In this document: piece by piece, positions 17,722-27,802 of the stretch
Numbering within the stretch: position 1 is the stretch's first letter
Layout of the letters: every line of letters begins with the position of its first letter
Assembly (NCBI GenBank): GCA_023485645.1
Contig: JAMCZM010000016.1
Location: 3,210 to 39,794 of the forward strand
Source of the DNA: Candidatus Marsarchaeota archaeon
GTDB lineage: Archaea; Micrarchaeota; Micrarchaeia; Micrarchaeales; Micrarchaeaceae
Direction of reading: 5' to 3'
Length of the DNA: 36,585 nt
Notes under the pieces: model-generated
Databases searched by the model: none
What the model saw: the letters and a program-made list of their open reading frames with translations, nothing else
Told to the model about the DNA's origin: nothing
Translations under genes and position numbers: made by a program

Positions 17722-18453
17722 GTGGTAAATGTAATAAAACACTCGATAGATTTCTATATAAAGAATTTAGAGCTTATATTTCTGTTTTCAGTGGCATTTA
17801 TAATCGCATTTTTAATACCTGTATTCGCATCGCTTCCAACATTTAATGATGCAGGGGCGATATTTATAAGAACATCAAGCATATTTACAAATCTTAATAT
17901 AGTCAGCACGTCGGTTATAATTGCCGCGCTATTCTTTTCATTGTTATTTCTCAGCTTTGCAATAGTTGCAATAAACATACTTGTAAGGCATACAAGAACG
18001 CATACAAAGATAAAAGAGGAGGTAATTAAGGGAATAGAGCATTATACTAGTAGGGTATTCATTGTTCTGCTACTATATTCTGCTATAATAATATTGGTTA
18101 ACATAGCAACATATGGGTATGGCATATCAGGTGTTGCAACAGCAATAGTTGGCATATTATTACTGCCAATATTTTTCTATGCTCCAAGCGCAATTGTTAT
18201 AGACGAGCATAGGGTGCTTCCTGCTATAAGGTCTGGTGTAAATTTCTTCTTTAAACGATTTGATTATGTGTTTGTATGGCTTGTAATAGCAATACTTGCA
18301 TTAACAATATTTGATTTTATTTTCATAGTATTGACCGGAACTACAATATCAAGATATGCGATGCTCATATTTAATGCATTTGTAATATTGCCATTTCTTG
18401 TTGTGCTTCAGAGCCAGATGTATATGAAAAGATTTGCGATAATGCGGCACTGA
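17722..18453 (+). CDS. Integral membrane protein (~6 TM), function unknown
   Basis: 243 aa hydrophobic protein. FYAPSAIVIDE...AIRSG..FF pattern resembles widespread uncharacterised 5-6 TM domains. Confidence 0.75.
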   Translation: MVNVIKHSIDFYIKNLELIFLFSVAFIIAFLIPVFASLPTFNDAGAIFIRTSSIFTNLNIVSTSVIIAALFFSLLFLSFAIVAINILVRHTRTHTKIKEEVIKGIEHYTSRVFIVLLLYSAIIILVNIATYGYGISGVATAIVGILLLPIFFYAPSAIVIDEHRVLPAIRSGVNFFFKRFDYVFVWLVIAILALTIFDFIFIVLTGTTISRYAMLIFNAFVILPFLVVLQSQMYMKRFAIMRH

Positions 18454-18511
18454 AATATTCTCAATGTGGGATATATTATTATATCTAATTATATAAGTAA
18501 TATCTGATAGT

Positions 18512-19816
18512 ATGCGGCTTCATTTTTATGTTATTTTTCTCTTTCTTTTTGGTATACTCCTATTTATACCATTTATAACATCAGCCGCAAAGGTAAATAC
18601 ACAGTATTTATTTACATCAACGCTTTCTGGTACTCAGTATATAGCAACAACATTAACCGAGGCAATAGCAACAGGTGCATTTACCAGTGCAGTTGCGCTT
18701 TCATTACTTGGCATATTACTTTCATTTCTTCTTATTGCAGTATCTTACATACTAGATTCTATGTTTAATATACCATCTCTAAAAGGTTGGTATAAAGGGG
18801 AGATACGCGAAACGATAAAATCAATAATAATTGTCGTGGTCGTATTTTCTGTGATCATAATAATGGGCAATATAGCCATAAGCGATTTTTCCGTAGGAAA
18901 TCTTGCTCCATTAAATGGCATAAATCAAATTACAACCACTACAGAAGCTATGTATAACGCAGTGGAGGTGCAGTATCTGGGCGCCGAATTAAATGATGTA
19001 AATGCTTCGTTGATAGGATTATTCGGACTATATGACGGTCTTGGCGTTCTAAAGACTACAACAGTATCATTATATGTGCCTATTCCGGTACTGCCACTGC
19101 CAGAATTTTATATAGGTTCAATAGACTTTGGGGTAAAAGAGAATCTTTATACGAGCAGTGTTCTTGGCTCTACTAATATCCCAGATGCAGGGCTTACAAC
19201 AGATATAGGAAAGGTTGTAGTTTTACCTATGTTAATTCTATTTCAGGTTGAGGTTGATGTATTTCCATATGTGGTAATTGCAGGGCTTACAGTATTGCTT
19301 CCTGCAGGAATAATACTTAGATCTATACCGCTTCTAAGATCGATAGGCGGTACACTAATAGCGTTGGGCATTGGTACTGCAATTGTATATCCGGCGCTAT
19401 TGTTGTTAATGAATTTACCGCTTACAAATTTTATAGCTCCGCCAGTTCAGACAGGAACAACCCCGCCATTTAATTGTGCTACAATAACAAATGGGGTAGC
19501 ATCAGCAAGCCTAACCTGTGGGTTCTTAAATAGCGCTGTTAGTACAACGCAGTCATATCTATCAAGCATGCCAAATAGTCAGCCATTGACGAATAATCTT
19601 CAATATGCTCTTAGTGGGTTTGTCGCAGGAATATCAAGCCTAACTAGTGTATACCCTGCGCTTAATTTCATAACCTCTCAGATGTATATAAATTTAATAT
19701 ACCAATTTATACTTAGCATACTCGATATTATAATAGGATTTACCATAACACAGAACATAGCAAAGATGTTAGGTGGTAGCATAAAGCTCGGAATCGGCAG
19801 ATTGAAACTGGCATGA
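18512..19816 (+). CDS. VirB6/CedA-like polytopic membrane protein, paralog 1
   Basis: Family motifs PSLKGWYKGEIRETIKS, GIILRSIPLLRSIGGTLIALGIGTAIVYP and terminal IAKMLGG. Confidence 0.7.
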   Translation: MRLHFYVIFLFLFGILLFIPFITSAAKVNTQYLFTSTLSGTQYIATTLTEAIATGAFTSAVALSLLGILLSFLLIAVSYILDSMFNIPSLKGWYKGEIRETIKSIIIVVVVFSVIIIMGNIAISDFSVGNLAPLNGINQITTTTEAMYNAVEVQYLGAELNDVNASLIGLFGLYDGLGVLKTTTVSLYVPIPVLPLPEFYIGSIDFGVKENLYTSSVLGSTNIPDAGLTTDIGKVVVLPMLILFQVEVDVFPYVVIAGLTVLLPAGIILRSIPLLRSIGGTLIALGIGTAIVYPALLLLMNLPLTNFIAPPVQTGTTPPFNCATITNGVASASLTCGFLNSAVSTTQSYLSSMPNSQPLTNNLQYALSGFVAGISSLTSVYPALNFITSQMYINLIYQFILSILDIIIGFTITQNIAKMLGGSIKLGIGRLKLA

Positions 19817-19820
19817 TAAT

Positions 19821-20950
19821 ATGATAGATACGTGTGCACTGTATGGGGGATCAACATATGTAAGTAGTTGGTTAGAGCCATCATTATTAATAATATTGAC
19901 CGCATTTTTAATCGTTGCAATATTATATATATTATCAGGATTTTTCTCATCATCACTTCGATCTAAAATACGTGAAATGGTAAAATCTGAAATTGTACAG
20001 CTTGTTATAAGCGTCGTTATAATTGCAATACTATTAGGGTCTGCCGTAACAGCTTGCAATATTTCATCTTCAATTAGCCAGAGTCTTGTAAAGAGTTCAT
20101 TAAATCCAATACAGTATTCAGAATATTATATAGGTTCAAAAATCTGAGCATGAATACGGGGTTGAAGTTGCTATCTTATTTATATACAACATCAATTGTA
20201 TATGGTATAGATGCACGAATATTATATGTTATAGGCAATTCATTTGATTTTTTCCAGACGCGCGCTATCTTAGGCGCATCGATAAATTTTGGCATTAATC
20301 TGTCTGTTCCATATAATTTCTTAGCCACTTTGTATGTATCAGTGTTCTCTCCAATTCTTATAATAGTAATAGGCATGCTGCTTTTGCAATATATACTGCT
20401 TCCGCTGATACAGTATACCGCGTTTACTATAGTGCTACCAGTCGCACTTATTGTCAGATCTATTGCATATATAGGTACAAGTGGGGGCCTTAGGACTGCA
20501 GCTAATGCATTGATTGCAATAGCTATAGCCTTTTATTTGATATATCCGCTTACTATAGGGCTTGATAGCGTAATTGTTAATTGGTTATACTCACCTGCAA
20601 ACCCTACATATACATATTTGCAGCAGACCTTGCAATTCAATCAGATACCATCAACATTCTTATCCACTACAACAAGTACATTAACTGGTCCATCAGCATT
20701 TGGCTTATCTACACAATCTATAAGCTCATTATTAAATAGCGCGAGCACTTTGGGTATTGCGCACTTTTTAAATCCTATTAATATACCACAAGAGGCAAAT
20801 TTTATAATAACAACAATGGCACAATTTATATTTGTAGGAATATTCTTATTTGCGTTAAATATGGGTATAACGGTGGCATTTGCAATGAGTCTATCTAAAG
20901 CGCTTGATGCTGGAATAGATGGCGCCGGTTCATTCTGGAGAGGTTTATGA
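19821..20950 (+). pseudogene. VirB6/CedA-like paralog 2, split into ORFs 19821-20147 and 20150-20950 by a 1-nt frameshift (true lesion, slippage site or sequencing error)
   Basis: The first ORF has the family N-terminal motif (KIREMVKSEIVQLVIS). The second has the C-terminal motifs (LIVRSI...RTAANALIAIAIAFYLIYP, LSKALDAG). One extra A in the A5 run at 20138-20142 fuses them (GSKNLSMNTG) into ~376 aa. Confidence 0.7.
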
Positions 20951-20951
20951 T

Positions 20952-22562
20952 ATGTTAGATATTTCAAGTATGTTATATGGAATAATATCACTTGGCAATT
21001 ATGTGATAACCTCATCTGATGTAAGTAGCGTAGGCAGTCAATTTATACCTATAATATTAATAGCGATCTTGGCTGACTCAATGATTATATCGTTATGGTA
21101 TATGATAAGCTCAATAATAAATAGTTCAGAATGGAAGGCTGGCGCTATAAGTGAATTTTATCAATTAGTTGGCACAGTAATAATAATGGTTATAATAGTG
21201 GGCGTGCTTGGTACATATGGAAGTGCGTTTGTATCATCATTAGGTAATAGCGGACTTTCTCCTACTAGTATGACATTAACATGCGCGAATTTAGAATTAA
21301 ATAGTAATCTGAACATACTTAAATTAAATCCTACTGGCCTTACAACGTACTCATTTCTATCGGGCATTAATGGATTATCATTTTCTGGATTATGTAGTTA
21401 TATATATGCCCAGGACATTGCGCCATCATTCTCATCTACGTTGAATTATCCACTTGCAGCAACTGGTATTATAACAGCAAATCTTACAAATCAGACTGCA
21501 ACAAATATAAATTCATATTTCGTACTGGACTCATATATTGGTTATTTAAAAGGTCTATCGCCAACGTATGAATTCTGTTTGCAAGGTGCTCCAGGTGAAG
21601 GACTATCCTGTTTGCTTCCGCCTCTCGCATTTGTAAATCCACCATTATTAACCGTGGTTGGTTCATACAAACCTTATGCTGGCTTTAGCATGCTTTATAA
21701 TATAATGAGGACGCTCGGTGTTCTTTTGACATCAGCATTAGAATCATTTATAGGTCAATTGCTTTTGATATCCACAATGTTAGAAATTTGGCCATATCTA
21801 CTATTTATCGGAATACTTGCAAGGGTATTCCCATATACTCGAAAAATTGGAGGGTTATTTATTGCAGTTGCTATTGGCGTATTATTCTTCTATCCCCTTA
21901 TATTCTCTATGGAGTATTTAACGATAGGACATGGATTAAATAGCCAAGTCAATCAGAATTCTCTTAATGTACAAAATGTAGCATCAGGGATTACAACGGC
22001 AACAGGACAGATCACAACAAATCCAATTACTGGTATTACAAATCTGATAAATAATAATCCGTTATCTGGACCTGGTCCTATAGGAAGTGCGTATGGTACA
22101 AATTATTCAACCACAAATACGCTTACAGAATTGCCGGCGGGGCTTGATGGTAGCATTCCATATAATCTTAATTTCTTTTCAGAGCCAAGTTTACAAGCGA
22201 TTGCAACAACAAATAATTGTTGGCCTGCAAATGGCGCAAAATATGGGTCTTTAAGCAGTGAGCTTTCTAATACTGCAACATTTCTAAATCCAATAACCTC
22301 ATCAATAAGTACGGTATTAATGTTTTTAAGAAGTACGAGTACGCTTCCATCAGGTGTTCCATCACTATATCTATCAAATGCTTGCAATGAACAGAGTTCA
22401 GAGAATATGTTATTTATGATAATGAACGCGTATGGTATAATAGGAATACCAGCATATTGGCTTCCTATAATGAATCTTGTAATAACGCTATCTGGCATTA
22501 TAGGTTTGTCTGGGTTGTTAGGCGGCGATACATTAATGGCCGGACTTGGTAATTTGGTATGA
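20952..22562 (+). CDS. VirB6/CedA-like polytopic membrane protein, paralog 3 (large external loops)
   Basis: SSEWKAGAISEFYQLVGT, GILARVFPYTRKIGGLFIAVAIGVLFFYP and LSGLLGGD motifs. Likely start is the ATG at 20952, right after the upstream stop. Confidence 0.7.
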   Translation: MLDISSMLYGIISLGNYVITSSDVSSVGSQFIPIILIAILADSMIISLWYMISSIINSSEWKAGAISEFYQLVGTVIIMVIIVGVLGTYGSAFVSSLGNSGLSPTSMTLTCANLELNSNLNILKLNPTGLTTYSFLSGINGLSFSGLCSYIYAQDIAPSFSSTLNYPLAATGIITANLTNQTATNINSYFVLDSYIGYLKGLSPTYEFCLQGAPGEGLSCLLPPLAFVNPPLLTVVGSYKPYAGFSMLYNIMRTLGVLLTSALESFIGQLLLISTMLEIWPYLLFIGILARVFPYTRKIGGLFIAVAIGVLFFYPLIFSMEYLTIGHGLNSQVNQNSLNVQNVASGITTATGQITTNPITGITNLINNNPLSGPGPIGSAYGTNYSTTNTLTELPAGLDGSIPYNLNFFSEPSLQAIATTNNCWPANGAKYGSLSSELSNTATFLNPITSSISTVLMFLRSTSTLPSGVPSLYLSNACNEQSSENMLFMIMNAYGIIGIPAYWLPIMNLVITLSGIIGLSGLLGGDTLMAGLGNLV

Positions 22563-22566
22563 TCAT

Positions 22567-23730
22567 ATGAGCAAAAAAATAAATGCGGCAAATGCTACTA
22601 TTAAAAGAAAACGAATAGTTGCGACATTCTCTTTAGCAATGCTTCTTTTATTGGCATCGACATTTATCTATAATGTTGCAAGCGCTCAGATTACAACTTA
22701 TACAAATACTGCTACTACGCTACCAACGACTGCAACGCTCTGCAGTACAATAATACCTCAAAGTGAGCTGCTTACTATACCTACTGGCGTTCTCTCTACA
22801 ACATTGCTCATAATACTTACAATGGCTATCGTATCAGGTGTCATATATGCTGTTGGATACTCGTTAAAGATAAGCAAATTTATGAATTTTAGCAAGACTG
22901 AATTTGGAGAGATAGCAGTTACGATACTACTTGTCTTAATACTATTTGGATCATTTGCAGCATTAACCCCAAATGGGCTAGTAAATATAAACCCATTGAA
23001 TACGAGAACAACATTCATAAACGATTGCAATTTACTGGAGGGTTCATCATTTAATGTATATAATGATGTATTCACATACTTTTTGATACAGAATATAGAG
23101 CTGCAACTTGTAAGTAGCTTTAATGTGGAACTAGAGCCTGGGTTCTTCGGATTCAACTTTTCGCCATTTGTGGGCTATGGACTTGAGAGCAATCTATTAA
23201 ATACGATGCTTGAATTTGTGACCATGCTTGCAACATTGCTTATAGCACTGATAATAGTTTTGGGCGTTATATATGCAATATTTCCCGTATTTTTGTACCT
23301 TGGAATTATATTTAGAGCTGTTCCATGGACGCGTGTTGCTGGAGGCTCGTTAATTGCGTTATTTATAGGGTTTTATATGCTATTTCCTATACTTTTAGGT
23401 GCAATGATGGGTGCATATACACCAATAAGTCCATCAATGTCATATTTTGATAAGGTTGTTTCAAGTATGGACACGCTAGCATCCTCTGGAGTACTGCGCG
23501 GCGTTACAATACCTCTAGCTGTTGTAATAAATATATATAAGAATGTTGCAGGTGTTTTAGGATTTAATCTTATATACACAATAATACAGGGAACTGTAGA
23601 ACCTGTTATATATACAATATTCGCATTGGTATTATCACTTATAATCTCGCTTGATTTCACCGAATTGATGGGAGATTTCCTTGGCGCGCCAAGTCTGTCA
23701 TCAAAGAGTACGCTCTCAAAGGTGCTATGA
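22567..23730 (+). CDS. VirB6/CedA-like polytopic membrane protein, paralog 4
   Basis: Signal-like leader (...VASA|Q), SKFMNFSKTEFGEIAVT, GIIFRAVPWTRVAGGSLIALFIGFYMLFP and MGDFLGAP motifs. Likely start is the ATG at 22567. Confidence 0.7.
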   Translation: MSKKINAANATIKRKRIVATFSLAMLLLLASTFIYNVASAQITTYTNTATTLPTTATLCSTIIPQSELLTIPTGVLSTTLLIILTMAIVSGVIYAVGYSLKISKFMNFSKTEFGEIAVTILLVLILFGSFAALTPNGLVNINPLNTRTTFINDCNLLEGSSFNVYNDVFTYFLIQNIELQLVSSFNVELEPGFFGFNFSPFVGYGLESNLLNTMLEFVTMLATLLIALIIVLGVIYAIFPVFLYLGIIFRAVPWTRVAGGSLIALFIGFYMLFPILLGAMMGAYTPISPSMSYFDKVVSSMDTLASSGVLRGVTIPLAVVINIYKNVAGVLGFNLIYTIIQGTVEPVIYTIFALVLSLIISLDFTELMGDFLGAPSLSSKSTLSKVL

Positions 23731-24917
23731 TGGAAATTAAATATAAAAGATATATCCTGCCATTTATTTTTATAGCGCTGCTTATGCCGATACTGGGCAT
23801 TGCATCTAGCACTAATAACCTAAAGAGTGCAATATTATTCACATCCGCACTATCTGAATTATTTAATAATACATTTACGGGCTCATACACATTTGCATTA
23901 ATTGCCGCAATGATTGTCTTTTTAATAGCGGCATTTGTTTATATGCTAAGCAATGTAATAGGCAGCCATAATGGTCTCAACTGGGCAAAGACTCAAATAT
24001 ACCAAGCATTAATTGGCATTATAATTTTACTGGTATTCGTCTGGTTAACTCCTTTATTGCTATCAAATCCATCAGGTGCATTAAATTCTGCTGGCATACT
24101 TCCAAGTACCTGCAGATCAAGCAATGTTAATACACTATTTAACACATCAGCATGCGATCTTTCAACATTTACCACTTCCGCAACAACACTCATGCAGACT
24201 ATATACTATCTAACATATGTGGAGGCGCTTATTCCGGGTGTTGGCATTGCACCTAATATACCATCAGATGTTTTCAATGTCGGATTTAAAAGCGAGGTGA
24301 GTTCAATTGCCCCAAAATCAATAGATGATATGACCTCAGTTGTGCTTGAAGCATTAATACTTGGATTGCTTTTAAATCAGGTACAGATGCTTATAATATC
24401 AGCCGCGCCGCTACTATTATCGCTGTTTATATCTATAGGTGTAATAGCTTGGATATTTGGGATAAGTAGAAGCTTTGGCGGGACGATGATAGCATTAGGC
24501 GTAGGTCTTGGAATAATATACCCGCTGCTTGTTACAATTACCTATGGATTTATATCAACCGGACTTCTTGCAACATTAAACAATCCTACAAATCTTCAAG
24601 GCATGCTGAATGCGTTTGGCAATATGGTATTAAATGTCTCAATTGCCCTATTTAACCTTATTACTATATGGAGCACTAATAATTTTGCTGCAAATACTGG
24701 TGCAAATCTTCAGGCGATAACAGTCTCTGCGTCGCAGGCATATCAATCCGCAATGGGTGAGATATATCTGCTGCTTGAGGCTATGGGGTTTGTTTTTGCG
24801 GGTCTTACGTTTATACCATTTCTAAATTTTACTATACTCGATTCATTCGTTATGGATTTTTCAAAAGCGATAGGTGAACGCGTAAGCTTCATGGATCTTA
24901 TAACAGGGTTGGTGTGA
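23727..24917 (+). CDS. VirB6/CedA-like polytopic membrane protein, paralog 5
   Basis: HNGLNWAKTQIYQALIG, GVIAWIFGISRSFGGTMIALGVGLGIIYP and FSKAIGE motifs. ATGA overlap with the previous gene. Confidence 0.7.
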   Translation: MMEIKYKRYILPFIFIALLMPILGIASSTNNLKSAILFTSALSELFNNTFTGSYTFALIAAMIVFLIAAFVYMLSNVIGSHNGLNWAKTQIYQALIGIIILLVFVWLTPLLLSNPSGALNSAGILPSTCRSSNVNTLFNTSACDLSTFTTSATTLMQTIYYLTYVEALIPGVGIAPNIPSDVFNVGFKSEVSSIAPKSIDDMTSVVLEALILGLLLNQVQMLIISAAPLLLSLFISIGVIAWIFGISRSFGGTMIALGVGLGIIYPLLVTITYGFISTGLLATLNNPTNLQGMLNAFGNMVLNVSIALFNLITIWSTNNFAANTGANLQAITVSASQAYQSAMGEIYLLLEAMGFVFAGLTFIPFLNFTILDSFVMDFSKAIGERVSFMDLITGLV

Positions 24918-24920
24918 AAA

Positions 24921-26039
24921 ATGAAAAATAATTATAAACAAAAAATTGTTTTGATGTCTGGATTAATAATCATGCTACTCTCAACTATTTTTATGCATGT
25001 GGCAGCTGCATCAACTACATCAACAAGCGGTTGTGGATTATTGCAGCAGGGTATACAGCAAACAGTAGAGACCGATACACCTTGGTATTGTCCAATAAAC
25101 CAGCAGTTATACACCGATTGGACAGGTCAATTGCCATTGGCATTAATAGCTGTGTTAATCTCATTTTTAATAGCGGGAATAATATTTATGGTAGGTGCGG
25201 CGACAAAGAATGATCGCATAAGGAATTTTGGTGCAGGCGAACTATATGAGGCTATTGCAAGCGCAATAATAGTAGGAATATTTTTGTATGTGGCGGCGGT
25301 ATTATTTGGCTTATTGCCATCAATATTTGTGGGTCCTATAAATCCATTTGCCACGTCATTTCATTTTATGTTAAGTACAATACAGCAAGCTGAGTTATTG
25401 TTTGCATCATTATACCATGTGGTTATGTTGGATGCGTATTATGCATCAATAAAAATAGCCGTCGCATTTCCTCCAGCGGGAACTGAGGTTGGTAATATAT
25501 TAAACCTTGTTGCGCTACCATTGGATATATTTTTTATAGAGCCAGCAGAGGTCCTTGGCGTATTTTTGGCAGAGGGCATAATAGCAATATATGCAGAATA
25601 TTATCTTATGTTATTTTTTGCAGTTGCTGCAATACCTGTTTTTCTTGTTCCTGGTGTTATACTTCGTGCAATATTCCCAACACGTGCGCTTGGCAGCATG
25701 ATGATAGCAATAGCAATGGCATTCTATTTTGTAATGCCCGCACTTTTTGCAGTGGCGTTTTATTTTACCGCTCCTACAATGTATAAAGATATGGCGAGTG
25801 CAACAACGCAAATAAGCGGATTTAGCAATGGATCTGCAAGTATATTGAATTCTATATCTCCAAATAGCCCACTCGCGCTGCAACTTAGCAATGTTGAGAC
25901 CGCAATGAATGGATTATGGCTCATGATGTTGTTCTATCCATTCTTGATAATAGGTATATCATATGCCTTCTCGGTGCAAATTTCCAATTTTATGTCAGGT
26001 GCAGGCCAATCAAGTGGAAGATTGCGTGCGTTCATATAA
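24921..26039 (+). CDS. VirB6/CedA-like polytopic membrane protein, paralog 6
   Basis: DRIRNFGAGELYEAIAS, GVILRAIFPTRALGSMMIAIAMAFYFVMP and ISNFMSGA motifs. Confidence 0.7.
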   Translation: MKNNYKQKIVLMSGLIIMLLSTIFMHVAAASTTSTSGCGLLQQGIQQTVETDTPWYCPINQQLYTDWTGQLPLALIAVLISFLIAGIIFMVGAATKNDRIRNFGAGELYEAIASAIIVGIFLYVAAVLFGLLPSIFVGPINPFATSFHFMLSTIQQAELLFASLYHVVMLDAYYASIKIAVAFPPAGTEVGNILNLVALPLDIFFIEPAEVLGVFLAEGIIAIYAEYYLMLFFAVAAIPVFLVPGVILRAIFPTRALGSMMIAIAMAFYFVMPALFAVAFYFTAPTMYKDMASATTQISGFSNGSASILNSISPNSPLALQLSNVETAMNGLWLMMLFYPFLIIGISYAFSVQISNFMSGAGQSSGRLRAFI

Positions 26040-26094
26040 AATAAGCATTTGTGTGCCTGGATTTTATATCGGCAATCGCGCACGGCGTAGTTAA

Positions 26095-26135
26095 ATACTC
26101 TTTTAAATATTTCTTCTGATATATAATGGACTTTG
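26095..26135 (+). promoter_or_regulatory. Putative internal TATA promoter for the ATPase sub-operon (leaderless)
   Basis: TTTTAAATA at 26101-26109 lies ~25 nt before the TTG/ATG at 26133/26136, in the only sizeable gap between the paralog array and the ATPase genes. Confidence 0.5.
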
Positions 26136-26972
26136 ATGGACCAGAAAATCTTCTTATTTGGTATTTTAATTATAGCGGCATTTGCGCTAATAATAGCTGG
26201 AGCATTAATACCCTCGCAGATACTGCCTTATCCTATAAAAATAATAATTTACATACTAGCGATATTTTTAGATGTTCTTGCATTTGCAACAAGATACTAT
26301 ACATATATAATGATGCCTCTTTTTAAGCAGCGCAAAAAAAATATCACCTTAGACGTGCAGGAACCATATTGGATTGCTGGTAGCAATGATGCAATAGTAA
26401 GAAAGATAGGTGAGGAATTCATTGCAACTACCTTCATATTAATTCCACTTTATCGATCTGCAACAGAAATGTCTGTTGATGAAAAATTAAGTTTTGGGGC
26501 GCAAATAGGGCGTTTAATAAGTATAAATACTGAGCCTGTGCGATATTCGACACAGCTACATGTAATGGACAAGGAGGCATACTTATCAAGCATACGAGAT
26601 AGCCTTAATATGTCGGAGAATGAGATAATAGAATTGACGCAAAAAAATGCATCACAGCATGAGCTTGATAATGCAAAGGGAAGGGTTACGATGTGGCGCA
26701 ATATGATGGAGAGAATGTCTATTGAGCAGTCGTTTGAGCTTATGCTATACGCATCGGTATCAGCCTCAGGAACAAAAGAGTATGAGGCGACAAGCATTGT
26801 GCAGCAGCGCGCAAGAGATCTAATGTCAGGAATAAGTAGCACGCTTGGAATAACAACCTCTATAATAACGGGCAATGAGATGTTAAAGGTAATAGAGCCA
26901 GATCATTTGATACCATATTCGAATGTAAGAAAGCAAATAAATGCAAATATTTCAGGTGAGCAGAATGGATGA
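26133..26972 (+). CDS. Membrane-anchored (2 TM) protein with cytoplasmic alpha/beta and coiled-coil domain; putative ATPase partner A
   Basis: Two N-terminal TM helices. Collinear similarity to the next gene. Confidence 0.75.
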   Translation: MMDQKIFLFGILIIAAFALIIAGALIPSQILPYPIKIIIYILAIFLDVLAFATRYYTYIMMPLFKQRKKNITLDVQEPYWIAGSNDAIVRKIGEEFIATTFILIPLYRSATEMSVDEKLSFGAQIGRLISINTEPVRYSTQLHVMDKEAYLSSIRDSLNMSENEIIELTQKNASQHELDNAKGRVTMWRNMMERMSIEQSFELMLYASVSASGTKEYEATSIVQQRARDLMSGISSTLGITTSIITGNEMLKVIEPDHLIPYSNVRKQINANISGEQNG

Positions 26973-27798
26973 GATGAGTATAATATATATGGCGGTAACA
27001 TCGGTAGTGCTTCTAATAGCTCTTGCAATGGCTCCGTATGCAGCTCCTGGTCTTCTTTTTTATATTATATTATTTTTTATAGTGATAGCACTTGCCATAA
27101 TAGCTATACTAAATTGGGCTGATTTTTTAATATTTCCATTGGTTATGGGCAGGCTTGGCATAATCTTCGAGCCGGTAAAAGGTTATACTATCTCAAAGAA
27201 TCAGGAGGCTGTAATTAAACATGTAGGTGAATTATATTATGCGACTGGGTATATAACCGCAAATCTATACCCATATGAGTTTAAGCAGGAATTTAGCGAT
27301 CAGGAAGTTCAGCAAAAAATAGTTAATGCTCCAGATGTTTGGGAGCGTGCAGTTTCGAGCATTGACTTTCCATTTAAATTTCATGTGCTCTCAACTGGGA
27401 GAGACGTGCAGAAGGCAAGGGATGAGCTTGAGGGAAAACGTTCCTATCAAGAATTTCAAATGTCAAGAATGATGCAGAATACAAAGGGAAATGAGATGGG
27501 AATTGTTGATGTACAGAGGAAAATAAATATACTCCAAGCAAAGATGGATCGGTTATCACATGGCGAGAAGCCTATATCCACAATTATGTATATAGAGACA
27601 GCATCAGTTGGAGTTACTGAGAAATCCGCTCTGGATAATTTATCTGCGCAAATAGAGCGTTTGCAGGTTGCAATGAGTTCTATGGATATACAACTAATAC
27701 GCGTTGTAGGTAGAGAATTATATACACTGTTTAATTTTACATTCTCGCTGCCGACAAATTATATACAGGCTGCTGGTTATTTTGATTTGCAGGGTTGA
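26965..27798 (+). CDS. Membrane-anchored (2 TM) paralog of the previous gene; putative ATPase partner B
   Basis: GGTGAG RBS at 26955-26960 precedes the ATG at 26965. EAVIKHVGELYYATGYI aligns with DAIVRKIGEEFIATTFI. Confidence 0.75.
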   Translation: MDEMSIIYMAVTSVVLLIALAMAPYAAPGLLFYIILFFIVIALAIIAILNWADFLIFPLVMGRLGIIFEPVKGYTISKNQEAVIKHVGELYYATGYITANLYPYEFKQEFSDQEVQQKIVNAPDVWERAVSSIDFPFKFHVLSTGRDVQKARDELEGKRSYQEFQMSRMMQNTKGNEMGIVDVQRKINILQAKMDRLSHGEKPISTIMYIETASVGVTEKSALDNLSAQIERLQVAMSSMDIQLIRVVGRELYTLFNFTFSLPTNYIQAAGYFDLQG

Positions 27799-27802
27799 TA
27801 AA

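Noticed and set aside
20145..20147. TGA as selenocysteine or readthrough codon
   Set aside because: The downstream ORF is in a different frame, so a frameshift rather than readthrough is needed.
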